Assembly (NCBI GenBank): GCA_034530615.2
Contig: JAVRCV020000041.1
Coordinates: 1-64,000 of the forward strand
DNA from: Aulosira sp. ZfuVER01
GTDB lineage: Bacteria > Cyanobacteriota > Cyanobacteriia > Cyanobacteriales > Nostocaceae
DNA: 64,000 bases
Reading direction: 5' to 3'
The notes under the pieces are model-generated. The model worked only from the letters and a program-made list of their open reading frames with translations, was not told the origin of the DNA and made no database searches. A program made the position numbers and the translations under genes. Shown here in pieces: positions 10,612-20,609 of this stretch. Within the stretch, counting starts at the first letter, position 1. Every line of letters starts with the position of its first letter.

Positions 10612-11550
10612 ATGCGAATTTTAGTTATAGGTGGTACTCGGTTCATCGGTATTTACTTAACTCAACTGCTAGTAGAACAAGGACATGAGGTGGTGCTGTT
10701 CAATCGTGGTAATCGACCTGCACCTTCTTTACAGGGAGTAGGACAAATTATAGGCGATCGCACTGACCCTACTCAGTTAAAAGCAAAGTTATCCCAAGAG
10801 AATTTTGATGCCATTTTTGACAATAATGGGCGCGAACTTACTGATACTCAACCACTGGCAGAAATTTTTCAAGACCGGGTACAACATTTTGTATACATGA
10901 GTTCGGCTGGAGTGTATCTTAAATCTGACCAAATGCCTCATATAGAGGGCGATCCTGTAGATCCTAAAAGTCGCCATCGGGGTAAGCATGAAACAGAAGC
11001 TTACCTAGCTCAAATCGGCATACCCTTTACCTCAATTCGTCCCACCTATATTTATGGTCCGCGTAACTATAACGATTTAGAAAGCTGGTTTTTTGATAGG
11101 ATTGTGCGCGATCGCCCGATTCTCATCCCTGGTAATGGCTTGTACATTACCCAACTTGGTCATGTAAAAGATTTGGCCAGGGCAATGACGCAAGTTTTAG
11201 GTAATCAGCAAGCAATAGGGCAGATTTATAATGTATCAGGAGATCGCTATGTCAGTTTTGATGGTTTAGCTCGTGCTTGTGCGCAAGCTGCTGGTAAATC
11301 ACTCGATGCTGTGAAAATTGTCCATTACGACCCGAAAAAATTTGATTTCGGTAAGCGCAAAGCCTTTCCCATGCGGGGACAGCATTTCTTTGCATCGGTG
11401 AATAAGGCTCAAACCGAATTAGGCTGGCAGCCTGAGTATGATTTGATATCTGGACTAATTGATGCCTTTGAAAATGATTATCTAGTATCTGGGCGAGATA
11501 AAGCTGAGATTGATTTTTCTGTGGATGAAGAGATTCTACAAGCTTTGTGA
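10612..11550 (+). CDS. NAD-dependent epimerase/dehydratase family protein (CSP41b-like)
   Basis: GGTRFIG, FNRG, DNNGRE, SSAGVY, RPTYIYGP, KRKAFP. Confidence 0.85.
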   Translation: MRILVIGGTRFIGIYLTQLLVEQGHEVVLFNRGNRPAPSLQGVGQIIGDRTDPTQLKAKLSQENFDAIFDNNGRELTDTQPLAEIFQDRVQHFVYMSSAGVYLKSDQMPHIEGDPVDPKSRHRGKHETEAYLAQIGIPFTSIRPTYIYGPRNYNDLESWFFDRIVRDRPILIPGNGLYITQLGHVKDLARAMTQVLGNQQAIGQIYNVSGDRYVSFDGLARACAQAAGKSLDAVKIVHYDPKKFDFGKRKAFPMRGQHFFASVNKAQTELGWQPEYDLISGLIDAFENDYLVSGRDKAEIDFSVDEEILQAL

Positions 11551-11642
11551 GCAACAGAAAAATTTCAACTCACATCAAGAGTGCTGAGTGGGAAATCTCA
11601 CCCAGCACTTAGCACTGAAACAGGTAAATGTGCAAGCTCAAA

Positions 11643-11739
11643 CTAGTACAGCACAGCGTAAATCAACCACCCATTCTAAAGCAATGAAACGCTTACGCTG
11701 TATTCATTTTTACTTTCGACTTCTGCGTAGTGGTACTAG
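11643..11739 (+). repeat. ~100-bp dispersed element with CTAGTAC...GTACTAG ends
   Basis: Short terminal inverted repeats; similar to 12863-12966 (inverted) and 61436-61536. Confidence 0.6.
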
Positions 11740-11795
11740 TGCGTCTTTACGTGCAAATTCTCATAAGATGTATAAAACAAATAATTTGAAAAAAT

Positions 11796-12866
11796 ATGCA
11801 AACAGTATTAGTCACCGGAGGAGCCGGATTTATTGGAGCAAATTTTATTCTCCAAGCGAGAAAGGCACAATGGGCTAATGTAGTTAATTTAGATAAATTA
11901 ACTTATGCTAGTAACCTCCAGAACTTAGCAGAACTCGAAAGCGACCCAAACTATCATTTTATTCAAGGCGATATCGGCAACGTAGAGTTAGTCAGCTACC
12001 TTTTAGAACAGTATCAGCCAGATGCAATTATTAATTTCGCTGCTGAAAGTCATGTTGACCGTTCAATCCTGAGTCCTCATGACTTTATTCAAACTAATGT
12101 CGTCGGAACATTTCAACTACTAGAAGCAAGTAGAGTCTACTGGCAAAAACTATTATCGCCAAGACGAGAGCAATTTCGCTTTTTGCATGTGTCTACAGAT
12201 GAAGTATACGGCTCACTCCAACCACAAGACCCAGCCTTTCGTGAAGATACTCCCTACGCACCCAATAGTCCTTACGCTGCGTCGAAAGCAGCATCCGATC
12301 ATTTTGTTAGAGCTTATTATCACACCTACGGATTACCTACTTTAACAACCAATTGCTCAAACAACTATGGGCCGTGTCAGTTTCCAGAAAAACTAATTCC
12401 TTTAACTATTCTCAATGCTCTAGATAGTAAACCACTACCTATATATGGGGATGGTCAAAATGTTCGCGATTGGCTTTATGTTATCGACCACTGCGAGGCT
12501 ATATATCTTGTTTTACAACAAGGTAAAGTTGGTGAAACTTATAATATCGGCGGTCTGAACGAACAAGCTAATTTAACAGTTGTAGAGAAAATTTGTGCTA
12601 TTTTAGATGACTTGGCTCCCAAATCAGATTTCCATTACTCTTCTTTAATTACTTTTGTTAAAGACCGTCCTGGCCACGACCGAAGATATGCAATTGATTG
12701 TACTAAAATCAACCACGATCTAGGTTGGCAACCTCAAGAAAACTTTGACAGTGGTTTACTGAAAACAGTTCAATGGTATCTGAATAATACTACTTGGGTA
12801 AATCAAGTACGCTCAGGTGCTTATCAAAACTGGCTAAAACAAAACTATGAAAATAGAAAAGCCTAG
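11796..12866 (+). CDS. rfbB: dTDP-glucose 4,6-dehydratase
   Basis: [37 protein letters not shown]. Confidence 0.97.
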   Translation: MQTVLVTGGAGFIGANFILQARKAQWANVVNLDKLTYASNLQNLAELESDPNYHFIQGDIGNVELVSYLLEQYQPDAIINFAAESHVDRSILSPHDFIQTNVVGTFQLLEASRVYWQKLLSPRREQFRFLHVSTDEVYGSLQPQDPAFREDTPYAPNSPYAASKAASDHFVRAYYHTYGLPTLTTNCSNNYGPCQFPEKLIPLTILNALDSKPLPIYGDGQNVRDWLYVIDHCEAIYLVLQQGKVGETYNIGGLNEQANLTVVEKICAILDDLAPKSDFHYSSLITFVKDRPGHDRRYAIDCTKINHDLGWQPQENFDSGLLKTVQWYLNNTTWVNQVRSGAYQNWLKQNYENRKA

Positions 12867-12966
12867 TAACGCTACGCGGAATTCAAAAGTCCAAAGTCAA
12901 AATTACTATCTTTTCTAGCTTTGAGCTTTTAGGAATAGTCTGCTTATTTCTGCTAAGTTGTACTAG
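12863..12966 (-). repeat. Inverted copy of the CTAGTAC...GTACTAG element; overlaps the rfbB stop codon
   Basis: Reverse complement CTAGTACAACTTAGC...TTCCGCGTAGCGTTACTAG aligns with 11643-11739. Confidence 0.55.
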
Positions 12967-13042
12967 TCCAAAAAGGTTGAATTCTTAAAGCTAAAGGAAG
13001 CAAGTACAATCGAAAATCCAAAATCCAAAATCTAAAATTCTT

Positions 13043-14032
13043 ATGAAAGGCATTATCTTAGCAGGTGGCTCTGGTACACGTCTTTATCCTCTAACTTATG
13101 CTGTTAGCAAACAGCTAATGCCCGTGTATGATAAGCCAATGATTTACTACCCCTTATCTGTATTAATGCTGGCAGGTATTAGGGAGATTTTAATTATTTC
13201 CACTCCTAATGACTTACCTTTATTTGAAAAAATTTTAAAAGATGGTAGCCAGTGGGGTTTACAGTTTAGTTATATTGAGCAACCGCGACCCGAAGGATTA
13301 GCACAAGCTTTTATTCTGGGCAAAGATTTTATTGCGAATGAGCCAGTATGTTTAATTTTAGGTGATAACATTTTTTATGGGCATGGTTTAACAGAAGTAC
13401 TAGCTAGGGCTGCCACGCTTCAAGAAGGGGGATTAGTATTTGGCTATCAAGTCAAAGATCCCAGCCAATATGGAGTAATTGAATTTGATAGCAATGGCAG
13501 AGCAATTAGTATAGAAGAAAAACCTCGAATTCCGAAATCTAAGTATGCTGTACCTGGTATCTACTTTTATGATTCTCAAGTAGCAGAAATCGCTGCCAGC
13601 CTTAAACCTTCTGCTCGGAATGAACTAGAAATTACTGATTTAAATATAGCTTACTTAAATAAAGGCCAATTACAAGTAGAAATTTTGGGTCGTGGATATG
13701 CATGGCTAGATACTGGTACTCATGAATCCTTACATCAGGCTGGTAACTTTATCCAAACACTAGAAGAACGGCAAGGTCTAAAAATAGCTTGTATTGAAGA
13801 AATTGCCTACATTCAAGGATATATTGGCTCATCCCAATTGCGTCAGTTAGCTGAATCTATGGCTAAGAGTGGCTATGGTCGTTATCTGATGTCAATTTTA
13901 GAGAACGATCAAATGTCTACAACTATAGAACAAAACAACGGTATGGGAAAATTGTCTTTTAATCAACAACCATCTGAAGGGAATTTATTGACTGTGCAAA
14001 CAACACCAAAAGCTAAAATAGACTATACATAA
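13043..14032 (+). CDS. rfbA: Glucose-1-phosphate thymidylyltransferase
   Basis: [32 protein letters not shown]. Confidence 0.97.
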   Translation: MKGIILAGGSGTRLYPLTYAVSKQLMPVYDKPMIYYPLSVLMLAGIREILIISTPNDLPLFEKILKDGSQWGLQFSYIEQPRPEGLAQAFILGKDFIANEPVCLILGDNIFYGHGLTEVLARAATLQEGGLVFGYQVKDPSQYGVIEFDSNGRAISIEEKPRIPKSKYAVPGIYFYDSQVAEIAASLKPSARNELEITDLNIAYLNKGQLQVEILGRGYAWLDTGTHESLHQAGNFIQTLEERQGLKIACIEEIAYIQGYIGSSQLRQLAESMAKSGYGRYLMSILENDQMSTTIEQNNGMGKLSFNQQPSEGNLLTVQTTPKAKIDYT

Positions 14033-14111
14033 GTGTCTGCATAAGATATCTTTAAAGTTTGGAATTAAACTTTAATCAAGCAGCAATCTTAGTATTACAA
14101 AGGGTAGAAAA

Positions 14112-14657
14112 ATGCAAGTCAAACAGACAGAAATTCCTGATGTAATAGTAATTGAACCGCAGATATTTGGAGATGAACGCGGTTTCTTTTATGAAAGTTA
14201 TAACGAAAAAGCTTTTTTAGAAAAGGCAGGAATTGCTGAACATTTTGTTCAAGACAATCATTCTCTTTCTGCTAAAAATATCTTGCGTGGTTTGCACTAT
14301 CAAATTCAGCAGCCTCAAGGAAAACTCGTGAGAGTGGTAGTAGGAGCAGTATTTGATGTGGCTGTAGATTTACGCAAAAGTTCTAAAACCTTTGGTCAAT
14401 GGATTGGTATTGACTTGACAGCCGAGAATAAACGGCAACTTTGGATACCACCAGGTTTCGCTCATGGTTTTGTAGTGCTTTCTGAATATACAGAATTTTT
14501 ATATAAAACTACGGATTACTACGCACCTCAATATGAACGTACACTTCTGTGGAACGACCCAGATTTAGCGATCGCCTGGCCTATTCAAGCAGAACCCATC
14601 TTATCTACTAAAGATCAGGCGGGAAAGTTGTTGCGAGACGCAGAGGTATATGCATGA
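14112..14657 (+). CDS. rfbC: dTDP-4-dehydrorhamnose 3,5-epimerase
   Basis: DERGFF, QDNHS, LRGLHYQ, GFAHGF. Confidence 0.97.
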   Translation: MQVKQTEIPDVIVIEPQIFGDERGFFYESYNEKAFLEKAGIAEHFVQDNHSLSAKNILRGLHYQIQQPQGKLVRVVVGAVFDVAVDLRKSSKTFGQWIGIDLTAENKRQLWIPPGFAHGFVVLSEYTEFLYKTTDYYAPQYERTLLWNDPDLAIAWPIQAEPILSTKDQAGKLLRDAEVYA

Positions 14658-15556
14658 AAATTCTCTTAACAGGTGTAACTGGACAATTAGGTTGGGAATT
14701 GCAACGCACGCTGATGACTATAGGTGAAGTCATACCTGTGGGACGCAGCGTCAGTAACTCAAATTTGCAAATGGATCTAGCTCAACCAGACACCATTCGC
14801 CGCACTATTAGGGAAGTCAAACCAGACTTAATTATCAATCCGGCGGCTTACACAGCAGTAGATAAAGCAGAGTCAGAACCAGAATTAGCAATGGCGATTA
14901 ATGGGATTGCGCCAGGTGCGATCGCAGAAGAAGCCAAGCGATTAGGTGCAGCCGTTATTCACTATTCCACAGATTATGTCTTTGATGGTAGCCAAAATAC
15001 TGCATATACTGAGCAAGACCAACCCAACCCGCAAAACATTTATGGTAAAACCAAACTCGCAGGTGAGCAGGCGATCGCATCTGTCGATGTACCCCATTTA
15101 ATTTTACGTACCAGTTGGGTTTACAGCCTGCGAGGTAAGAATTTTTTGCTCACTATGTTAAGGCTGGCTCAGGAACGGGAAGAAATCAAAGTTGTTGATG
15201 ACCAAATCGGCGCACCGACTTGGAGTCGCACGATCGCTGAAGCTACCGCCCAAATTCTGTCTCAAGCTCCACAGAGTATATATGATTTTTTAGCAAGTAA
15301 AGGTGGTTTATATCACTTAAGCGCTAATGGACAGACTAGCTGGTATGGATTTGCCAAAGCAATTTTTGAGCTTGAAGATAGGAAGAGCGATCGCAAGTTG
15401 CAAAGGTTGCTGGCGATTACTTCAAAAGAATATCCCACGCCAGCCAACAGACCAGCTTATTCTCTATTAGACAGTCAGAAATTATCTCATACATTTGGAT
15501 TGGTTGTGCCAGATTGGAAAAAGAGCTTAGAGCTAGCGATCGCTAACAATCATTAG
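14654..15556 (+). CDS. rfbD: dTDP-4-dehydrorhamnose reductase
   Basis: GQLG, AAYTAVDKAE, STDYVFDG, YGKTK; 4-bp overlap with rfbC. Confidence 0.96.
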   Translation: MKILLTGVTGQLGWELQRTLMTIGEVIPVGRSVSNSNLQMDLAQPDTIRRTIREVKPDLIINPAAYTAVDKAESEPELAMAINGIAPGAIAEEAKRLGAAVIHYSTDYVFDGSQNTAYTEQDQPNPQNIYGKTKLAGEQAIASVDVPHLILRTSWVYSLRGKNFLLTMLRLAQEREEIKVVDDQIGAPTWSRTIAEATAQILSQAPQSIYDFLASKGGLYHLSANGQTSWYGFAKAIFELEDRKSDRKLQRLLAITSKEYPTPANRPAYSLLDSQKLSHTFGLVVPDWKKSLELAIANNH

Positions 15557-15674
15557 GGGTAATCTAGTTCAGTTAATAATTGCAATTGCGCTAACTGCTT
15601 CTTGATTTAGAGAGGTACATCATCTTGATATTTGCCTAGAATGGTTAGTGTTTTTCTGAGCAAAGGATGATCGT

Positions 15675-16241
15675 ATGGTTTTTAAGCGCAAGCTTCTAAA
15701 ATTCATAGGGCTAGTTTTAGCTGTCTGGATTAGTATTATTCCTGCTAAGATAGCGATCGCTTCTTACCAAGCCCCTGTACCGCAAGCAATTTTTGTACTT
15801 GGAGGCGATTTTACCAGGATAGAGTTTGCCGCAAAGTTTGGCCAGTCTCACAATAATTTAGATATTTGGGTTTCTGATGTCGCCTCGAATTTGGAATATA
15901 ATCGGTTAATTTTTCACAAATTTGGTGTTGTAGATCAAAGGTTGCACTTGGATGGTCGTGCCACAGACACAGTGACTAATTTCACGACACTCGCAGCAGA
16001 TTTTGTGAACCAGAAATTACAAAATATTTTTCTGATTACATCGGATTATCACATGAGACGGGCAAAGGCGATCGCAACTATTGTTTTGGGTAGCCAAGGA
16101 ATTGCAGTTACACCTATCGCAGTACCTTCACAAGAAAATCAATCAGAATCTCAGGTAAGAGTGCTGCGAGATTGTGGGCGATCAATTTTGTGGATTTTAA
16201 GTGGACGAAGTGGAGCAAGTTTTAACCCTCGTCTCAAATGA
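15675..16241 (+). CDS. YdcF/DUF218 family protein
   Basis: N-terminal TM, VLGG, ATDTVTNF, ITSDYHMRRA. Confidence 0.85.
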   Translation: MVFKRKLLKFIGLVLAVWISIIPAKIAIASYQAPVPQAIFVLGGDFTRIEFAAKFGQSHNNLDIWVSDVASNLEYNRLIFHKFGVVDQRLHLDGRATDTVTNFTTLAADFVNQKLQNIFLITSDYHMRRAKAIATIVLGSQGIAVTPIAVPSQENQSESQVRVLRDCGRSILWILSGRSGASFNPRLK

Positions 16242-16261
16242 AACTGTACAGTAATTATATA

Positions 16262-18364
16262 TCAATCTCTGTTGTAATCAGTCTGTTTAAAGCCTAATTT
16301 GAAAGCTGGGGAATTCGGCTTTAACCGAAAATCATCGCTATTTGGAGCAACAAATAATGGGTTAGCAATCAGAGAATTTTTATCCCTACCTTTTTGCTGC
16401 CATTCTTGCCATGACAGCTTACCAAAGCGAAAATTTCCTTTCCCTGTATACCAATAAAGATTATGGTTTAATACATAATTAGAGTCGTCCCAATTAACTT
16501 GGCTATCCAGAAGTTGCCCTTGATTCCAGTAAATAATATTGCGCTCAAAGGTAAAGCTTAAATGGCCTTCTGGTCTCGATCTGCGAATTTGTGCCAATTT
16601 ACCAAAAGCAAAGATATTATTACGAATTAAGTTATTTTTACCATAATGTATATGAAATCCTGCGTCTCTAGTACGGTAAACCAAGTTATTTTCTACTAGA
16701 ATTTGCGAACTACCTTCATCTAAATAGATACCCCAAGCTCCAAACCTGTAAGCATCAATATCATGAATAATATTGCCACGAATTACTGTTCCTGGTTGCA
16801 CACCTAATATATAAATTCCACCTTTATCATTTAACAGCGGACCATCACCGTTCGACAGCCGGCCAATATGATGTATATGGTTAAATTCCAGAATATTATT
16901 TTTCGTCGGGCTAGCTTGATAACCCCAAGTCCAACCAACTGAAATTCCTGTATAGTAAAAATCATGAATGTGATTATGGCTGATTAAATTATTCGGTGCA
17001 TTCATTACTAAAATTCCTACTGCACTATGGAAAATTTTGCCTCCATTGTGAATATGAGAGTTAATAACTTGAATACTACTAGCTCCTTGCGTAACTTTGA
17101 CTCCTCCAGCTCCTAAATCGTAAATTTGGCAACGAATTAATGAATTATTTGCACAGCTGTTAGCAAATTCGATTCCGTAATTACTGACATTTGTAATCTG
17201 ACAATCTTGCCAAGTACAGTATCTTACTCCTTGACCATAAATTGCTCCAGGAACACCTTCTGCTGCTTGACCAAAGCCACTGGCATTAGAATTGTTATAG
17301 TACCATTCCGCATGAGCAAACGTAAGTTTTTGAAATGACAGATATTCTATAAATTTACTATTTTCTGCACTACCTAGCAGGTCAACTAACTGAGGTAGGC
17401 GAGGAACAATTGCCTCTATTGTCGTTATATTCTCCCCTGCTAAAGGCATGTAATAAAGTTTCCCGGACTTTTTATCTAAATACCATTCACCAGGATTGTC
17501 TAAAACTTCTAAAACATTTTCTATGTAATAGTTTGTAGCAGCAGAAGACTGGGAATTACCAGGTTCCATGCTATGAAGGCTAGGTTTAGCAAAGGCGACT
17601 ATTCTTTGTTTTTCGTCTAAGCTAACAACTGGTAGGCGAGACTCTACCCATCGAGTCATAACTACTATCTCAGCGTTGCTTATGGTACTCCAATTTTTGA
17701 GATCTCCCTGACGATATTTAAACCTTGATTGCCCTGGAGCCACGGGTTGGTTGGGTGTAGCATCTGGTACTTCTGCTACTGGTAAGTAGCCTTTTTTCGG
17801 GTAACGGGCACGAGTTCGCCGTTGGTTTCCTACCCAAAGCTGTCGAAAGAACCATTGACCTTGGCGAACCTGCGGAATTTCTAACATCCATAACCGTTTA
17901 CCGTTAATGACTACCTCTTGCCATCCTTGAAGACGCTGACCACCACTGATTATCGGTTTCTCATTTTGATAGGCTGTGTAAGTAACGGGACATTTGCGCG
18001 TACCAGAATCTTCTGAGTTAAATACCAATGGTTGGGCTAAAAAGTATGTACCACCTCTGATGAAAACGGTAACGGGTTGTTTCAAGATACCGTCTTGTTG
18101 ACGCTTGAGTTCGCGAATAGCATTACGTGCTCTTTCTAGAGTTGCAAATGGCCCATCAGTTTGAGTTTGATTCCGGCTTGCCTGTTTGCCTGTCCAAGCA
18201 TCATTACCATCAGGAGCAACATAAAAAATAGTAGTTTTTGTATCATTAAGATTATTTGCAAAAACTAGTTGCTGCTGAAGTTTAGTGATTATAGAGCCAA
18301 TGAATAAAGGAGAAGCGGTTAACCAGCCCAATCCCATCCAACCGAGAAAAGAGCGGCGATCCAT
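16262..18364 (-). CDS. Tat-exported right-handed beta-helix protein (GH141-like)
   Basis: RRSFL Tat signal; FYVAPDGND...GPFATLERA...RGGTY N-terminus; Asn-rich helix repeats; DKGGIY and GIYLDEGS motifs. Confidence 0.7.
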   Translation of the reverse strand: MDRRSFLGWMGLGWLTASPLFIGSIITKLQQQLVFANNLNDTKTTIFYVAPDGNDAWTGKQASRNQTQTDGPFATLERARNAIRELKRQQDGILKQPVTVFIRGGTYFLAQPLVFNSEDSGTRKCPVTYTAYQNEKPIISGGQRLQGWQEVVINGKRLWMLEIPQVRQGQWFFRQLWVGNQRRTRARYPKKGYLPVAEVPDATPNQPVAPGQSRFKYRQGDLKNWSTISNAEIVVMTRWVESRLPVVSLDEKQRIVAFAKPSLHSMEPGNSQSSAATNYYIENVLEVLDNPGEWYLDKKSGKLYYMPLAGENITTIEAIVPRLPQLVDLLGSAENSKFIEYLSFQKLTFAHAEWYYNNSNASGFGQAAEGVPGAIYGQGVRYCTWQDCQITNVSNYGIEFANSCANNSLIRCQIYDLGAGGVKVTQGASSIQVINSHIHNGGKIFHSAVGILVMNAPNNLISHNHIHDFYYTGISVGWTWGYQASPTKNNILEFNHIHHIGRLSNGDGPLLNDKGGIYILGVQPGTVIRGNIIHDIDAYRFGAWGIYLDEGSSQILVENNLVYRTRDAGFHIHYGKNNLIRNNIFAFGKLAQIRRSRPEGHLSFTFERNIIYWNQGQLLDSQVNWDDSNYVLNHNLYWYTGKGNFRFGKLSWQEWQQKGRDKNSLIANPLFVAPNSDDFRLKPNSPAFKLGFKQTDYNRD

Positions 18365-18380
18365 ATTTGTTTCCTTCGAT

Positions 18381-18470
18381 AAAAAAATACGGGAACAGTT
18401 GGTTTAAGTATGGCTTTTATTGGCGATCGCTTTTGTGTTAGCTAATATTATTCCTACTAAACTAGCGATT
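18381..18470 (+). pseudogene. 5' remnant of a second YdcF/DUF218 gene
   Basis: Reads KKIREQLV*VWLLLAIAFVLANIIPTKLAI; DNA ATTATTCCTACTAAACTAGCGAT resembles ATTATTCCTGCTAAGATAGCGAT in 15675-16241. Confidence 0.5.
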
Positions 18471-18573
18471 TATCATAGTAAATCGCTGTGTATCTAAGCA
18501 TACTAGTAAGAGCTTAAAATTTGTAGCGATCGCAGTAAAGAATTTAACGCAATTGAGCAAAAATAATTGATAT

Positions 18574-19827
18574 TTAAGAAGAGTATGCTGAAAATATTTC
18601 TTGAAACAATTTTTTATAAGCCTGGTTAGTTTGAGCGAAATTATACTTAGTTTTAGCTACTTCTGCGGCTTTTATTCCCATTTGGGCGCATAAATCTCGA
18701 TTATTTGCTGCAAATTGAATTGTCCGAACCAATTCTTGAATTTCACCTGGTTTAACTACCCATCCTATATTTTCTTCTCGCACAACTTCAGCTAGTTCAG
18801 ACCAATCATCTGCAACAGCAATGATGGGTTTACCAGCGGCCATTTGATTATACATACGGCTGGGTACAGAAACACCTGCCATACCTGGAACGTATGAAAT
18901 TAAAGCAACATCACCAGCGTTTAGAGATACTGATTGTTCAGAACGAGGCCTAGCAGATAAAGGGATAATACTCATATTTTGCAGGTTATGAGATTTTACA
19001 TAATCTTCCAGCGACTTTTTCTTTGCGCCAAAGCCTACAACCACAAAATGAATATTACTTTCAACTTGCAGGATGTTAGCTACCTCTCCTAAGTCTTCGA
19101 TACCATGAGTTTTACCCATGTTACCTGCATATAAAACGACAAAGCGATCGGAACATCCTAGCTCTCGTAATAATGGATTATTGTTGCGATCGCTAGGTTT
19201 AACAGTTTCGTGTTCCGCCCAATTGGGAATTAAGCAAATTTTGGAAAATATATTTTCTTTATTACTATTATTAGATAATTTATTTTTTACTATGCTATTC
19301 ATATCTCTACCCAAGGTAATTATTTTACTCGCTTGGGTATATAGCATAGCGGTTACTATACGTCCTATTCTTGCTATCACTGAAGAAGAACTACATAATC
19401 CAGCAGCAACAAGAACTTCAGGATAAACATCATGAATTAATAAGACAAACTGACAATTCTTTAGCCATTTTAAGATTAGTGCTACGAATGGCAACAAAGG
19501 TGGATTTGTTACAACTAAAATGATATCTCTAGGCTGACAAAGTTTGTCGGCTTTCCCTAAAATTACTATTGATTGAGTTAATAAATTAACTAAGCGTCCC
19601 CAAAAAAAATCTTTATTAAAGCTAGTAGTTTGACATCGAAATATTTCAACACCATCTTTAACTTCATAATCTGGATGAAAATCGCGATGCAAAAAATTGG
19701 TTGCTGGCCCAGTAATCACTTTAACTTCATATTCTTCGGCTAAACCTTCAGCAATCTTTGTGAGAATATAGCCAGTGGAAGTTTGTTCTGGGAAATATAA
19801 CTCACTTAAAATCCAAATTCGTCGCAT
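18574..19827 (-). CDS. GT4 glycosyltransferase (WbuB-like)
   Basis: YFPE, HDVYPE, IPNWA, YAGNMGKTHG, VPSRMY..MAAGKP. Confidence 0.9.
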   Translation of the reverse strand: MRRIWILSELYFPEQTSTGYILTKIAEGLAEEYEVKVITGPATNFLHRDFHPDYEVKDGVEIFRCQTTSFNKDFFWGRLVNLLTQSIVILGKADKLCQPRDIILVVTNPPLLPFVALILKWLKNCQFVLLIHDVYPEVLVAAGLCSSSSVIARIGRIVTAMLYTQASKIITLGRDMNSIVKNKLSNNSNKENIFSKICLIPNWAEHETVKPSDRNNNPLLRELGCSDRFVVLYAGNMGKTHGIEDLGEVANILQVESNIHFVVVGFGAKKKSLEDYVKSHNLQNMSIIPLSARPRSEQSVSLNAGDVALISYVPGMAGVSVPSRMYNQMAAGKPIIAVADDWSELAEVVREENIGWVVKPGEIQELVRTIQFAANNRDLCAQMGIKAAEVAKTKYNFAQTNQAYKKLFQEIFSAYSS

Positions 19828-19864
19828 ATCAATTTATTTTAATTATTCAATTGTTTATCTAGAC

Positions 19865-20599
19865 TTAACTGCTAATCTTAGATGTCCGCTTTAAGAGTAA
19901 ACTTATAACATTTTTAGCTAAAACTAATCGCCAATTTAGCATTTGTAAAACCCCAGCATGATTAAAAATTCCTCGGCCAGTGTTACTGGTATGTCTGCGA
20001 TGCTGTATTAATGGTTCATCTATATAAAAAGCTTTACCATAAATCCCATTAACGATGCCAATCCATATATCATGCATAGGAGTATCAGCAGGAAACGGTA
20101 GAAAAAATTTCAGCATATCCTTTCTAAAAGCTAAAGTACAACCATGATGTTTACTTTTAATCCAGTTAGAAATAGGGTCGGCAACAAATTCTCCGCGAAT
20201 TTGGAAAAAAGAATCTGCTGTTATTTGACCTTTTTCATCAATAATTTGTGCATCACTTAGTACTAGTGTTACATCAGGATATGTTTGAAAGATTGCTAAA
20301 AATTTTTGCACTTTATCTGCAAGCCAAATATCATCTTGGTCACTAAGAAATACGATCTCGCCACTTGCATGATGCATCGCTTTTTCAAATGTCTTTACTA
20401 CGCCTAAATTAATATTATTTTCTATTAATTTTATTCGAGAGTCTTGAAAATTACTGATAATAGATACAGTGCGATCGCTAGAAGCGTCATCAACAATTAC
20501 AACTTCATCATCATGCTGTAGCTGTTTTAAAATAGATTGTAATTGCTCTGCTAAATATTCTTGACCGTTATATACTGCCATGCATACTGAAACATTCAT
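19865..20599 (-). CDS. GT2 glycosyltransferase
   Basis: VCMAVYNG, DDASSD, LSDQDDIW, HD motif. Confidence 0.9.
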   Translation of the reverse strand: MNVSVCMAVYNGQEYLAEQLQSILKQLQHDDEVVIVDDASSDRTVSIISNFQDSRIKLIENNINLGVVKTFEKAMHHASGEIVFLSDQDDIWLADKVQKFLAIFQTYPDVTLVLSDAQIIDEKGQITADSFFQIRGEFVADPISNWIKSKHHGCTLAFRKDMLKFFLPFPADTPMHDIWIGIVNGIYGKAFYIDEPLIQHRRHTSNTGRGIFNHAGVLQMLNWRLVLAKNVISLLLKRTSKISS

Positions 20600-20609
20600 A
20601 ATTTAAATT

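Noticed and set aside
11588..11878. 96-aa ORF upstream of and overlapping rfbB
   Set aside because: Runs through STRR and a dispersed repeat and overlaps rfbB out of frame
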